A stretch of 55,407 nt of DNA from Catajapyx aquilonaris (GCA_000934665.2 KZ537962.1:186001-241407), one strand, 5' to 3'; shown: positions 11,501 through 27,975, counted from the first letter of the stretch. The notes: a model not told the origin generated them from the letters alone. Made by a program: numbers and translations.

Positions 11501-14500
11501 CGCCCTTTATGAATTTCCCCCTACCAATTTGAGAGAACACCATCACAAACTATCCTTATTGTGAATGCAAACGTCCAGACCATATTAGAAGTAAATTCCA
11601 GATAAATCCCCTATACGGAAATTACCTGCGAATTTATGGAACAGTATGTCAAGCTGAATAATGTTAGGTCATTAATGCTCTGTTATGCTAACACACTGGA
11701 CACTCTTGTGAACATCTATAAATGATGCATCAATAGATTTATGAACTGTCCAAATTCATTCAACTCTACATGACAGTGAAGCTAAAATCATCAGAATCAC
11801 AGACAGTCAGGTTCCAACTTCGTTTGTGTTGAGATGGAATGACACTCCTATTGTTTTATACAAACTCACTAAATTCATAATCTGAAACATATGAGCCCTC
11901 ACTTCTTCTTGACATAGAATTCAGCAAATTTGAGTATGACAGTTTAAGTAATTGTGCATTAACAGGGTGATGGTAACAATAGCACACAAAAAAATAACCT
12001 TTGTCGAGGTAAAAATTTCGTTATTGAATATTTATCAGAAAGTACAAAAAAAAGGGCACTTCGTTTTTTTTTGGCGCCTTCGGTAATAGTAACAGCACCA
12101 AGTGGTACAGACCTGCAAGTGATCCACTTGTGAAGGTCGAGGCCTGAGACTGTCCTCCCATCCATTACTGCCACGTCCATTCCCTCCCTTTTTGGGGACT
12201 TCCGTCTCTTCTTTTGCATCACTAACTTCCTTTTCCATTGAATTTTTGTCTGTCACATCCACTGCCTCTTTGAGGGACTTGGCGGATGACTTTTTGGCTA
12301 TATGCCTCCGTTTAGGCACAGCAATTGACAGACGAGGGGGACGATGTGTTAGACTGGGATCCTTCTCTTCCTTGTTCTCCTCAGTTGTGTTTTCAGGCAG
12401 ATCAGGTTCGTGTTTTTCTATGGGTGTCAATATTGGTGGCTCTGGGCTGTTGCCCCTCACTGATTCCCAGTGCCGCTTCTTTGGGTGGCTCTTAGGGCGA
12501 GGTTGACCACTGATTTTCTCCTAAATTTTACAAAGAATGTTTCATGGTTATTGTTTAAAAATCTGGTAGTCCAATAACCACTTTCATTCAAACATTTGCA
12601 GAGGCAATGACATAAGGAGAAACATCAAAATACTGTGACTACATGTACTATGTGTACGTCTACTTGGCTGGACCCCATGCAACTCCAACATTATCACTGC
12701 CTGTCTGTGGCACATGTCCCATAATAATATCAGGCACAATATGACAGACAAAAACAATAATACACAAACTACATGAAAGAGCAGGTATACCTGGAATCCA
12801 TATTTACACAACCTCTGAGCCAAAAAGATTGAGAGATGGTAGACTAAGTGTAGGCTACGAATTTGGGCGTAAATACGCATTTTACAAACAGAACATTCAA
12901 GTCGTGCAAAAAAGGGGTAATAAAAGTTTTTGTCAAGGATTGCATGCATTCTATAAGAAGATTTTAGCAACACACCTTAGCAGGCTGTTCTTCTTCCTTA
13001 GGAGGATCATCTGGCAAGACAACTTCCTTTTCATTTCCATTGGTCTGATTAGCACCCATATTCACAGCCTCTATCCTGCTGCTAGCATCTGAAATAGAGC
13101 AATATGTCAACTTCATAATCACTAAGCACAACAGTTCTGAAAACACAGCACAACTCATTTAAATATCATTGGGCCCTTTAGCTTTAGCACAGTGGTTCCC
13201 AACCTGGGGGGGCGTGAGAGGATTTCAGGGGGGGNGGGGGGGGGGCGTGAGGCCATGAGAAATACGTAAAATAATGTAACATGTTTCCGCTTGGCGCTGC
13301 TGGAAATGTGAAAGGACCGACTTTTCTCCTTGCTTGTATCCGATGTGCTTACAGTGTAGGAAGATTCCACTGTACTTTGTCAGCTACATTCACCTAAACT
13401 TGTGTGACCTTGAACCCCCAAAAAATGTACGTAGGTACAGACACCTGGTGGGAAATTTTGTTTTCAGCACTGCGAGTAATGTTTGTAATTTCCGTATTTT
13501 TTGTAGAAAGTAAGTTCCGTTTTTTTCATTAGGAAAACCACAATGCATCCCCAAAAATTTTATTAACACATCTGAAATCGACAACTGTCTATTTTTTTTT
13601 CAAAATCGTTTCCAGCGACATTGTGGCATTTTTCATTGAGTTACACAATATTTTGTATGCCTATGTCATAGAAGGCTGCCGCCAGCCATTTTCGCTATCC
13701 CTGAACGCTGGATTTCAACCGTCATTGTCAACCTTCTGCTTTGCCAGCCATTTCTCCCTGTACAGGTGTACAGGTTTCTCCCTGACAGGTGGTAATCGCT
13801 AGACTCTAAATCCCAGGTGATCAAAAAATTCTCACTTGAATTGTTGCCGCAGGGTTCCAGTAAGCAAGACAGTACGCAGGGGGGCATTGTCGCACAAGAA
13901 AACACCCCAAAACTCAATATACTGATACATTTCTTGTGAATTGCCATCCTTAACTTCTGTGAATGGTAAAATCAGTCACAGAAATCTGCAGTTCAGAGTA
14001 CCTACTAATGAAGATCAGTGCTTCAGGCCTAGAACTGTAATGAGTTTCCAAGCTTCAATTACATTAAGAATGACATATTAATTTTGATTGTTACCATCTA
14101 TGATCAAGGATTGAAGATATTTAATTCCCCTAAAGTGGTTTACAAAAAGATGAATCGATATAATATTTAATATATTATTAGGAACTGAAATTGTTGCGAC
14201 TTTTGAAGTCACCTGTTAAAAATTAGAAAGTATAATGCAAAATACCGAGAGTTAGGTCCAAAAAATTGTTAACTGAAAGTGACAACACTACATATTCCAT
14301 CTATAATGTTGAATATGCCTGATGATACATTAGTCTACTTGTGGGCTTGTACGGGCAGGTAATGGTTGTGAGGCAGAGAAATGAATGTGTTAGTTATCAT
14401 GTTGGATCTGTTGGAGTGGTGAACTGGATGTCATGAGCGACAAACTCCAATAATAATTTTTATGGACAACCAGGCTGGCATGCTTTACATAATAAGCTTC

Positions 14501-14612
14501 TCAAGGTTCAACACTGCCAAAGCCTTATATGGAACAGGCTGCACAGTTCCAATTGAAAAAGCATGTAGCATGGACATCACCTGACAAACTTACTCTCTGA
14601 TGTCTCCTCCAT
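4663..14612 (-). CDS. DNMT3: DNA (cytosine-5)-methyltransferase 3, about 1132 aa. Exons 14612-14594, 13088-12976, 12520-12113, 9857-9222, 9089-8778, 8721-8620, 8346-8220, 7345-7199, 7141-6963, 6895-6831, 6138-5985, 5908-5421, 5311-4663
   Basis: PWWP domain (LVWGKLGTMRWWPG...VFWFGDHK), ADD zinc finger (CIAC...HPLFVGGVCGKC...YCVIC...WTCYLC) and MTase motifs I LSLFDGI, IV GGSPCNDLS, VI ENV, VIII RVRYFWGN, X LLGKAWSVPV. The 13 GT-AG exons sum to 3399 nt in one frame. The ATG at 14612 is preceded by an in-frame stop. The N-terminal exons are less certain than the domain exons. Confidence 0.95.
8023..8069 (-). mobile_element. Tailless 5' fragment of a tRNA-like/SINE RNA with a 17-bp TSD, in a DNMT3 intron
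   Basis: The direct repeat AACTGCTGTATAAAGTG at 8006-8022 and 8070-8086 flanks 47 nt. Their reverse complement (GGGCAATGAGTGGCATAGTGTATTGGTTAGCGTGCTCGCCTACGGAT) resembles the A-box/D-arm head of the SINE at 52727. Confidence 0.7.
8503..8551. repeat. Compound (CAT)n-(TAT)n microsatellite
   Basis: Directly visible. Confidence 0.95.
10387..11309 (+). mobile_element. Mariner (Tc1/mariner) transposon, internally deleted and non-autonomous, in a DNMT3 intron
   Basis: About 29-bp TIRs CGAGGGGTGTTATATAAGTTCGTGGTTTC / GAAACCACGAACTTATATAACACTCCTCG, with TA on both sides. Transposase remnant: HTH region (RAVIQYL...DDPRSGRP), VSA*WVPRML, LVTQDETWV, then a deletion and a frameshifted C-terminus (KKHLRG...SDEEVKAA). 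Confidence 0.95.
13190..13260. mobile_element. Possible hAT-type MITE terminus (fragment)
   Basis: CAGTGGTTCCCAACCTGGGG is a typical hAT terminus. No partner end was found. Confidence 0.4.
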
Positions 14613-14639
14613 TTGCTACGATGGCATTGACAGGTGCAG

Positions 14640-15210
14640 GAAGAAGAACCTGTGCCTTTCCACCAGCTCTAGAGCCCTGCACACCTGCTTGGGACGCACG
14701 GGTCTGTCACCGTCACTGGCCTAGCATGTCCCGCGGCGGTCTTGGCGGAGTGCAGCCGGACCGAGCAGAACTGGCAGCGAAGAAGGAGTGACCTGTCCCG
14801 TGACCTGCGGCAGGTGCGCACATACAAGTGAACATTACCCCTCGAAGCAAGACAAGCGCTGACAGACTGACCATTGTCCAGGGGAGTGCGGGAGAGGCGG
14901 CCGGGGTGATGCCTACGAGGTGACTCCGTCCCGGATAGGCTGGAATTAGTGTCCCAACCGGACAGTGTCCACCGCAGACATTTTTAACCTGCTCCTCTCT
15001 CTCTCTCTCTCGCTCCGGGATTTTTTTCCCCCCTTCTTTTTTTTCCCTTCCTTTTTTTCCCCCTCCACAGTCTCCCTGTGCGTTGATTGGTCTCCGGTGA
15101 ATGGTACTGCTGGAGCCTCAGGCCATGCTCCACAGATGGAGACGCTCTTCCCTTCTCGGCCACTACGACGACGGTACCGTATCAAGATGGGCTGATACGG
15201 TACCGAGGAC
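14640..15210 (-). promoter_or_regulatory. CpG-rich 5'UTR/promoter region of DNMT3
   Basis: There is a sharp rise in GC and CpG immediately upstream of the inferred ATG exon compared with the CpG-poor gene body. It includes a pyrimidine tract at about 14991-15066. The TSS was not determined. Confidence 0.6.
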
Positions 15211-16312
15211 TTAGATATTTTTTTTTTTTTGTAGTTTAATAAAGTTGGTTATAACTTTTTATCTCTCTTGGTGTTATTGTTATTACAGTAGGCTACACTA
15301 ACCTTCTTGTACTACTTATGATAATTAGTTATTTGTACTTTAGCACAAATTTCGCGCAGCTCCGGCGCTATGATATTTGCTGGCTTGGAGGAATAATTTT
15401 TTAAGAATTCGAATCATTGTACCTCAACGAGGGTTGTGCCGATTAAAGCAGCCTTATCAGATGTGCACATGTCCATTATTGTTTCAAAGTGCAAAAATTG
15501 TCTCCTAGAAAAATTGATGACAACAAATCCATCCGTGGTGGCATTTGGTTGCCACCAGATAACAATAGTGTTTCTGGGAAAGCATTATTCTTCCTCCTTT
15601 TTCGTGTTTTCGTCGCACTTCCATGTGTGACGTAGGCTACTACTATGCAGGAGTTAGGAGTCTCGTAGTATAGGCATAACAATGTCAGCCTATACACATA
15701 CTGTATGTATAGGCAGTACTGGCATAGCATATGTCGGTAGTCACGATATTTAACCAGCTGCTATAACCGTGCAACAAAGGTTGTCTCCGACAGTAATACT
15801 AGCCTACTCGGTTCAAGGGCATATTTTTACATAAGGCCAATTTAGAACATTGTGAATACCTTCAATATAAAATAATGTGTAAACCTACTTGTTACTTCAA
15901 TAAGCCTGCAATACACTCATATTGAAAGAGTAACCTTGATATATCTTATGTACTGTATACGCCATACAGTATACCTCAGTAAGCGTTTCTTTCTTTCATA
16001 TTGGAGAAGTGAGAGAAAAAGACATTATTAAGTGATAAATTGCGAAAGGTATTACTGACGTCATACTTGCACGAAAGATGTTATTATAACATATCATCCT
16101 GTGGAAAGTGGAATCAAAAGGTGTCACATGCTATGGGACCCACTGAATTTTATTAGGTGAGTGATTTATTTCCCTCATGCCCTTGGAACAGTCGCATATA
16201 CAGTATTCTGCGGAAGTATAGTAAGCGGATGCGCATGAGTGTGCCATGAACTGCGTAACTTATTAAAGGTAATATATAATTGCAGAGAAATGTAGATGAT
16301 GACAGTCGTGAA

Positions 16313-18317
16313 ATGGGCCATCGATGCTGTTGCTTCCTAGTAGTTGTTATCATCGCCATATTGCTGCTTGAAATTTTAGCCGAAGTGTCTTTTGTGGAAG
16401 ACGAGGAGCTCATTGAGGCAGGCGCAGTATGTGTTTTGCACTCTTGTTAATATATTAGTGTCAGCTAAGGTGACTGGGTGAGCCTGAATAAAAATGGATG
16501 ATCGTGATATGCCAATCAGTATACTACTAGTCGTTATTCGGCAAGTAACATAATAATATGGTATACCGGTGCATGTGTGTGGGTGTGGGTGTATGTGAGT
16601 ATGTGTATTTATGCACTGCATTTTTTTAAAGAATGCGCGTGGGCAAAAGAAAGGCAAACAAAAAGATGGGAAGAAGAAAAATGGTGGCAAGCCCGGCAAG
16701 CCCAGGAATAACAATCAAAGAAAGCCAGCAGGACGACGTGGTCGTCAAAAGGAAAAAGTCAGACTTTTGAGGGCGAACCAGGTTTACAATGGTAAGTTAG
16801 GCAATGATTAGGCAGCCAATGATTACAGTCACGAATAAAATGTGACACGACATCCTTGCAGGTCTCCATCCAGGTAACTATAGAATGCTGTCGAGATCTG
16901 TAGCTGTGATTACACAGCGTCGTAGGCGGCCTAAAAAGGCTGGCAATAGACGGCCGCGGCCTGCTGCTGCTAACAGAGGAAGTAGAAGACCTAAAGGGGG
17001 TAAGCGCAAAGGAGGTAGGCCTCGAGGGCGCAGGCCCAGAGGAAAGCCTAGAGCTGCGTTATATCCTGAGATGGATGAAACCTTTGAGAGAGCCACAGTT
17101 GCAAACAGAGCCTACACATTTTCTGCTGGGGTATTTATTATGGTGGAAATCTTTGCATATAATTACAATTATTAATATATTATTCCACTAATGATGTTTT
17201 CACGCAGCCTAGATCGGGATGTTTAATTACTGTCAAATGTCCATGCGGAAGCATTCACTTCAAAAATGGGGACTGTCTCCGGATTGCCAATGGACCAAGG
17301 CAAGGGTACGTGCCACATCAGAAACAATGTTTTTGCAATGTTTCACCATTATACCTCGCTCGTTACGATTCGTGTGGTATCCTACAGTGTAGTACACCAG
17401 TTACATTGCACTTTACGAGCACTTATTGTATGAAAATCTGTGATGGCGACATTCCCAGCATGCGAACTTTTAACTCATTTCAGTTTTGTGCATTATTTTT
17501 TCGCCTCCACTTGGAAAATGAACCATGTTTCTATCTCATGTATAGGCAATAATGGTTACATCCCAGTTGATAACGACATTGGCGGTCATTACTGGTAGAC
17601 AGTATACAAGTAGGCTGTGATCAACTTCCTCTATTTGCTACCTTTGTTTTCAGTGGACACCAAAAAATGTTAAGCAATCATTTTATGCTGTCCCCAAGTT
17701 ACGTATTGGGTATGAGTACCAACGTATTTGATTAGTGAAAGTAATTTTGTGTATTAAATTATCATTACTCTCGCCACATGTGACTTGTCCCTGTTCTACT
17801 GTCGGAATGAAGATTTTATGTAGTTATAGGGTGAAGGGGTATCAGCGAAGTGTAATTGTATGGCGGAAATTATTGTAGATTGCCTCCTCCGGAACATTAT
17901 TGTTGTTGTTGTTACTACGAATTCTTGCAGGCAATGCAGTGACACTCTCTTCTTGAAGCAAAAGCGAATCAATCTAAACGTAATGCCCAACTATCAGTTC
18001 ACCTGCCGGATTTTCTGCGTGCAACCAGGTTTGATTATACTTTACTTGCATGATATCATTGATATGGTGAAAGTAATTGCATAACTTCCCTAACACTTAT
18101 TTATGATTATATTTCGTTTCGCTTCTCTTCTCTTCAAGGACAAGTTGTGTCTCTTGCACCTGTAGACTGCAGCTCTGAAGAGGAAGAGACTACAACTGTT
18201 GCACCTACCACCAGCACAACTAGGCGTACCACTACTACTACCAGGCCGACAACCAGACCTCCAACTACCACTACAACCAGACCTACTACCAGGCCCACTA
18301 CCAAACCTGCTGGATAA
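16313..18317 (+). CDS. Uncharacterised secreted protein, about 305 aa: signal peptide, K/R/G/P-rich region, 8-Cys domain, Thr/Pro/Arg-rich tail. Exons 16313-16426, 16632-16791, 16862-17130, 17208-17305, 17931-18028, 18139-18317
   Basis: Six GT-AG exons join in one frame (918 nt) from ATG to TAA. The N-terminus MGHRCCCFLVVVIIAILLLEILA is hydrophobic. AATAAA lies at about 18359. I recognise no homologue. Confidence 0.75.
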
Positions 18318-18841
18318 ACAGCATGATTTCACTTATTCACAATAGCCACGTGCCTCATAATAAAGTTTTCGGGATGTATTGCATACCGTAGTATTTTTAT
18401 GGAAAATATTTTTGTCTTCAATGTTGGGGTTGTAGTTATAGTAGTTTCCATACTGTTTGGCCTAATGTTTGCATTGCGACCACACGTGAGGAGAAATGCT
18501 TTGCAGGAGGAATTATTATATCCCTTGCACTTTTTTCATATTTCCATTACTGTATTAGCGTGACAGACTTACAGATCACCTAATAACACTTCAAATAATT
18601 TCTGCATTAACCTAAATCGTGACATTAACCAATCCCACTGGAGTGCACTGAATTCAAGTCAGCCGCCGTTTCCTTAGCCTACTTCAACAGTCGACCAAGA
18701 GGTGGCGAGATGTGCTCAACAGATGGCGCTGGTTGGCTTATTTAGTGCTTGTTGGATTACCTTATGAGCCCACATGTGATGTAAGGTGAGGTTACTGTGA
18801 CCACTGTAATGAGTATTACTTGTTGATGTTAGGAGGGGAAT

Positions 18842-21800
18842 ATGCAGGCCAAGAGAGTACTCGTGGCCTTCCTGAGTGCGGCCCGCAAGCAGTGGACGAC
18901 AGGCAGGCTAATGCATCAGCACTGCCAGGTTCTGTCAAGCGTGCAGGTTGGCCGAGGTGGCAAGGGACTTACGCATGCCTTGATGAAAGTGCTGGGTAAG
19001 GCCATGTGGTATGTCCACGATAGAATGAGTAGAGTATTACAGTTTCAATTCTTCAGATATGCCGTACGATCCAGCTTACAACTTACATCGCGATAAGAGG
19101 AAGAGTCTGCGTGTGGCAGAACCTGAAAACGTCCTCAAAGCTGCCCGCGTGCTCCAAACTTTCAACTTCACTCGGGAGCAGATGCGCACTTACCCTGAGC
19201 TTCTGGCAGTTCTCCCGGCCACCATTGAGCAGCATATGTTGTTCCTACAGGAGTGTGGGTTCACAGATATCAAGCCACAGACTCTGCTCAAGTGAGATTT
19301 TGACCATATTTTATTATATCGAATTGCCTTGTCACTGTAGGATGGAGATGGTTTACGTTCTCAATCCACATAGGTGAAAGGTGGCTATTTTCATGTGATA
19401 AAAATGTATGATGGATGAAGAGTCCTTAACTTTCCATTATTATGATTGGTTTGAGCCAAGGCAATTAAACATATGAGGCTAAGTCACTATTACATTCCTT
19501 TTTCTGTCATTACTTTAATGCAGACTAGCCCACTATAAACTAGTTTTGTTAATATTTATTCATCTTCAGTTACAGAATGCTGTCAAGAAAACCCATAAAA
19601 GTGCTGAAGGGCCATGGACTTCTAAAACAAGAAGTAGATGTGGTGAAAAACCTCCTAAATATTTTGTCAGCTCCAAAGGAAGTGGAGGAGTCTGTGAACC
19701 TGGAGTTGTCCCTGAAAGAGCCAGTTTCCTTGAGTGACATCAATCATGTCGTGCTCAAGTACTATCTCAGGTGGAGGCTTGATGGTGATTTAGAAGAGAT
19801 TCAGGACAACATCCACAAGTATCCACGACTTAAGCACAAGAGCTTGAAGTACCTTCTGGAGAACATCTCTATACTTCTTGACGAAATAGGATTCACCTGT
19901 GATAAGGTATGTGGGCCCATTCTGTTGAGGTACTAATGAAAGATTAGTACATTTTCAGAGGCTGAGCTGAATGTCTTTTGACACCATAATCAAGGCTGTA
20001 TTCAAACAATTTGTATAATGTTATGACATAATCATGGCTTTCTAGAGCACTCATGAACTTTTAATTTGTGTCACACATCAGTATTAGTGTGTCTAAATTT
20101 CATGTAAATATTTTCATTGTGAACTGCTATATTGATATTTCACTACTCTATATTATTTTCGACCTCTTTTACATTATAGAATGTAGCCTAAGGCAATATT
20201 ATTATTAGTGACATAACAGTAGGCCTACTTATCATTGTATTTTGCAATTTCAATTTTCAGATTAGAAGAAATACTTATCTTCTACATGCCCATCCTCATA
20301 ACACTCGGGACACGCTGACCAGGATTCCAAAAATTGCAGACGTTCCCATACAGGAGGTGTTTCGTACGCGGCCAAAAATTATTCTGAAATCAACTGATTC
20401 TCTTCTGAAGACTATAGCAGCATTGAAAGAATTTGGTATTCCGCCGGAAGCTGTCCGCAAGTGCATAGAAATATTCACTCTGTCTGGTGAAACAATTCAA
20501 GATCGACTTAAGAGGATTAGCCAAATTCCTCAAATGAATGCAATGAAACACAACACTCGTGTTTTACGCCTTGTCTATTACTACAGGAAGGCTCTGCGGC
20601 GGATGGAAATACTTGAAGACAACCAAGTGAATATTATCTTCTAGACTAGCTTTGATTGTTGAATGGATTAACCTCAGTATGTAATTAACTCTGTAGAGTG
20701 TGAGAAATTCTGCATGCATTAACTTGTGATGTATTTTAATTGCAAGAATGAAAAGGAAATAGAGTTTTTTTTTTAAATTGCCATGATTTTAAATTTGTTC
20801 ACTTTATGGAATGTATTGTTCTGTTAGGAATTTGTCGTGTAACAACTCGAAGTTTGATATTGAGTAATCTCTTATGGCAATGTCATGTAAATGCCATTGT
20901 TATTTTATGTCTTGACAGACACTAGACCCCTTTTCATTATTATTCAAGAATATTGTTGCAAATGAAAATTAATTTTTTTATGTTGCACATTTATAATTAC
21001 CAGTATTATTCAACGTGCTAGATGTGGCATAAATGACATGTATCTAGATTCATGAGTTGGGCTCGAAAATTCAAACAAACAACCTTGTGTTTGAGTTATA
21101 ATCAGAGTTGAATGGGAAGCCCAGCACAAAAGGTCCAAGTATGGCAGAAAGGTGTTGCCTGCTAGGCAATACTGAAACACCTGTTCGTCGTACACTAGTA
21201 ATGAATTCTACTAAGAGAAAACTTCTGTTATATAATTATGATTAACCTCGCATCACTGAGGGGATATTAAAGTCTCAAAAGATTCACATGTTGAGCAAGC
21301 AATGAAAATATATTATGTTGCCTTTCCTGCAGATGAAGTGCTCCAGCATCCATATCCTATCTGCACATGATACTGCATTTGAGAGATACTGTGGGCGTGG
21401 TTCAGATAAGACACGTGGGGTGGACACAGTGAAGATGCTTTCGGAATCGCTGCAAGTTAGTCCACAAGAAATTCGTGCCTGCATATCTTCACATCCTTTC
21501 TGGTGCAGCATACCAGTGGAACATATACAGGGATCCCTCAAGGCTCTCCTGCAGATGGGATTCACCAGGGACCAAGTACTGAATGGAGCAACAATATTAC
21601 TCTATCCACAGGTCAGTTACATTTTCACTTCACACTAAGATAGTGTTCGGATAATGTGTACATTTCCTGTTTTAGAGTGCAGTGAAGGAAGAGCTGAAGC
21701 GGATGAGGAGCAGGAGAGAGCTGGAGCCTTACAAGGATTGGGAAACATGCCCCCAAGTGCTTAACTTGTGCCTGTACTTTGTGGAGAGAGAATGTCGATT

Positions 21801-21915
21801 TTCTGGCAGTGCAGTGTGGCCAGATGCCGCCCCCGTTAGCAAAGTAGATCCTGAGTCAGTGCTGCTTCCCGTACCACAACCTGAGATACTGCACACCCAT
21901 GACTTGCAGTGCTAG
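18842..21915 (+). CDS. mTerf5: Mitochondrial transcription termination factor (mTERF5-like), about 536 aa. Exons 18842-18995, 19057-19291, 19570-19906, 20261-20626, 21333-21611, 21676-21915
   Basis: Basic amphipathic N-terminal presequence and Leu-rich mTERF-type repeats (LQECGF, YLRWRL, HKYPRLKHKS, HPFW, ILLYP). The C-terminal LNLCLYFVERECRFSGSAVW resembles arthropod mTerf5. Exons sum to 1611 nt in frame. Confidence 0.8.
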
Positions 21916-23157
21916 TAATGATGCAACATACCCATGTTACAAAGGAATTGTATTTTAATGTTTTGGTTTTTTCAATACATGGCATGACTAGAAAACTATC
22001 ATTTGTCACCTAATTTTATACACACATGCACACAAAAGATAGGCATAAAAATGGCACACATTTCAAAATTTTGTATATATAGAGAACATAGTTAAAAGCA
22101 AAGGAAGCAATGTCTTGTAAATGCATTATAGTCTGGCATTTTTCCTCTTCAACATATGGGACATAAATATGTCCTGCTTAAAACTAACATGACACAGTCA
22201 TGTAATAAGGCACATAGCAAAAGCTCATTGGCACACACCAGTGGCATTTTGGAAAGCCCACTGGCACACACAAGGCGTAACATATTTAGAGTACAGTACA
22301 TTTAACATGTCGTATACGAGTAACTGGTTCACACACATTTGCATGTACCCATTGATCTCACAAGTCAGCAGGATACATGTCTTTTTCTTCCAGTCACTTA
22401 TGAAATTTTTGGGCCCATAAACAGAAGGCACATGAAAATTGAAAGGCACTCTTGGTATTTTGCCAATTGCAACCCCAAGTTCAAAAAATCAGGGACTTTT
22501 AAAAATACGTAATATCTGAAAGCTTACATTATTTCTGTACAAACATACAAGTAATATGGCACTATTTCACTTGTGTGAACTTATTTGGATTCCTTTCTAC
22601 AAGGAATATGTAAAAAAAAGGTAAAATGCCAGCTAATATTTAGTAATGCACTGTAGTGCCTAAACTTTATATACAATTATTAAATCTTCTTACTCAACAA
22701 CTATTTCTTCACGACATTTTTATGAACAGGAAAAGTACTTCATTCAAGTTGGTCTGATGCAGGGATTATGAATTTAATAACTTTGGGTGAACTTTTTGGC
22801 TAAGAATGCATCAGTGTTCCATAACCTGCAGGTTCCCTATTCTTCTACGGTACTTGACATAGCAAAAAATACTCATCATATAGCCGAATTAAGCATGGGA
22901 AAAAGCTAAAATTGGCTCAGCATTTCCTTATTTTAAAAATTGCCACTTAATAACATTTCTACATAAAAAATGACAATACTCAATAAATGTCCACAGAAGC
23001 AGAGTACTTTGTGATTCAAAGGATTATTGTGTTACATGAAAAAATTTATAACAAGAAAATATCAGTCAACATGGCACTTGTACCTTAATATTTTTCATGA
23101 AGGCAGCAAAATTAATATGTTTAATCTCCTGGTGCCATACCATTCTTAACCAATTCT

Positions 23158-23160
<3 letters not shown>

Positions 23161-23209
<49 letters not shown>
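23161..23209. repeat. (GA)n microsatellite
   Basis: Directly visible, downstream of the repo stop codon. Confidence 0.97.
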
Positions 23210-23212
<3 letters not shown>

Positions 23213-23390
23213 GGGTTTCAGTTGAATCTTATTGAGCTACATGACATTGTTAACCTTACAGACATTCAATAATGAAATACCTCTGCGTCTTTGCATAAAT
23301 TCAACCTTTCCATTCCTCTCTCAGCCAAGAAAGAGTGTGTGTAGAATTTGACCACAATCCAGCCAGTACAAGAATGACCTTACATTAGCA

Positions 23391-26302
<2,912 letters not shown>

Positions 26303-27580
26303 CTCCGGCAATCTCAACCAGCCCGCCACCGCAAAAATCCGGATGTGGAAGTCACAAGGGTATGGTTATTCCGACGAAATTTTCCTCGGAACCGGGAGTT
26401 TTTCAACCCGCGTGATTGAAGGGCTCCTGGCTTAACCCGACTCAATCGAGCGAATTAGGCGCTAGATTGAGACAATTCCAACTAATCTAGCCTAAACGGA
26501 TTGATCCTCCCAACTTTGTAAAGAGAGGTGAGCGCATGATCAAACTTTATATAGCGGCCACCCACGAATTTGGGGAGGCCGCCGCAGCATCCAGGGAAGC
26601 CACGGCAGAGGTGGCCGAACCATGGCCAATCATGGCCAGTCTTGCCCACCAATCGGGGACTTTCCTACTAACCAATCCTGACGCGAGGAATGAACACGTG
26701 CTTGTGACAATGCCGCCCCTTCAAAATATAGAGGGAGGCATAGGGGGGGCAGCACACCCTGTATACACTTGCCATCGTAATTATTGCAGCCACTATTGTT
26801 GCTTACAAAATGTGGGAGGGTGAGAGGATCATCCGTGTGGGGGTTATAATCGGGCCAAATTAACGCTTTGTGCAACTTGGATTGATCACTTTTGGTTCAT
26901 TCAAAAGTTCATTGGTTAAATGCAGCATCCCTGGCACCTACTCTTAAGTGGCAGGAGGGTGATTGATGGGATCCTACTTTCTATGAAACTAAATAATGTG
27001 GACAAGTGGGGTTTTTTTCCGTAACGCTCCGACACCGTGAGAATCATTTTTTCTCGTAAAGGAGTTTCGTATTGGGACGAACAGGGCTGATACGTATTTT
27101 GCCAATCATTTACAAATTAATAGGAGTATGCTGCAAACGTTGATGGGTCTTAGATCAAGTCATAAAATGAGCAAAAATTGATAATTAGTTAATTTCTTAA
27201 CTTTCACTGGTATAGTATACAATCCTGAAACCCTTTATCTCCATATGTTGCTTCAGTTCAGCTACATACGCAAATGTGCAATGAAAACCCAACGACATTA
27301 AAATTAATATCATTGCTGCACGTATTTGTATTAGACCCCCCCCCCCNCCCGTGGTGGACTTGGCTGTTTCTGATCTGAGACGCCTCAATTTATAAGCACA
27401 AATAGCCCTCAATTATTTTAGTGCATGTGATTAGGGATGTCATTCTGGAAGTGATGTATTCTATTCCCAGTATCAGCTCATCTAGCAATCTGTGTATTGC
27501 GGTTTTCCTCCACAAGTATCGATGGTGCAGTTATTCATCAACAATTTACACTCGATTTGTTTGCCCCCGAGAAGCCCCCG

Positions 27581-27975
27581 AGAAGTCCCTAAATTAATTT
27601 CCAAAAAAGGGCTATAATAACTCGCAATGGGACTACTGCCGCCCAACTTTTAGGCTGATTTAATTATGAAATGCGTGAAAATGTGCGGAATAACAACCTT
27701 GAGAACCATACCAGAGAAATTTGCTGAAATCGTCGTGCTTTGCGAGAAATAAATTAATACTTATTTGCGGCTTTCTGGCACTTCGAAAAACTCCCAAATT
27801 TATTTGTTTCTCATGAAGTACGGCGATTTCAGCAAATTCGTCTGGCATGGTTCTCAAGGTTGTTATTCCGCATATTTTCACGCATTTCATAATTAAATCA
27901 GCCGAAAAGTTGGGCGGCAGTAGTCCCATTTCGAGTTATTATAGCCCTTTTTTGGAAATTAATTTAGGGACTTCT
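27581..27975. mobile_element. Foldback / long-TIR non-autonomous element (about 175-bp inverted arms)
   Basis: AGAAGTCCCTAAATTAATTTCCAAAAAAGGGCTATAATAACTCG... is mirrored by ...CGAGTTATTATAGCCCTTTTTTGGAAATTAATTTAGGGACTTCT around a short spacer. No clear TSD. Confidence 0.8.

Noticed and set aside
26303..26329. GTG-initiated N-terminal extension of Repo (similarly for SSADH at 33985)
   Set aside because: This is an artefact of the ORF track allowing alternative starts. Downstream ATGs give plausible N-termini.
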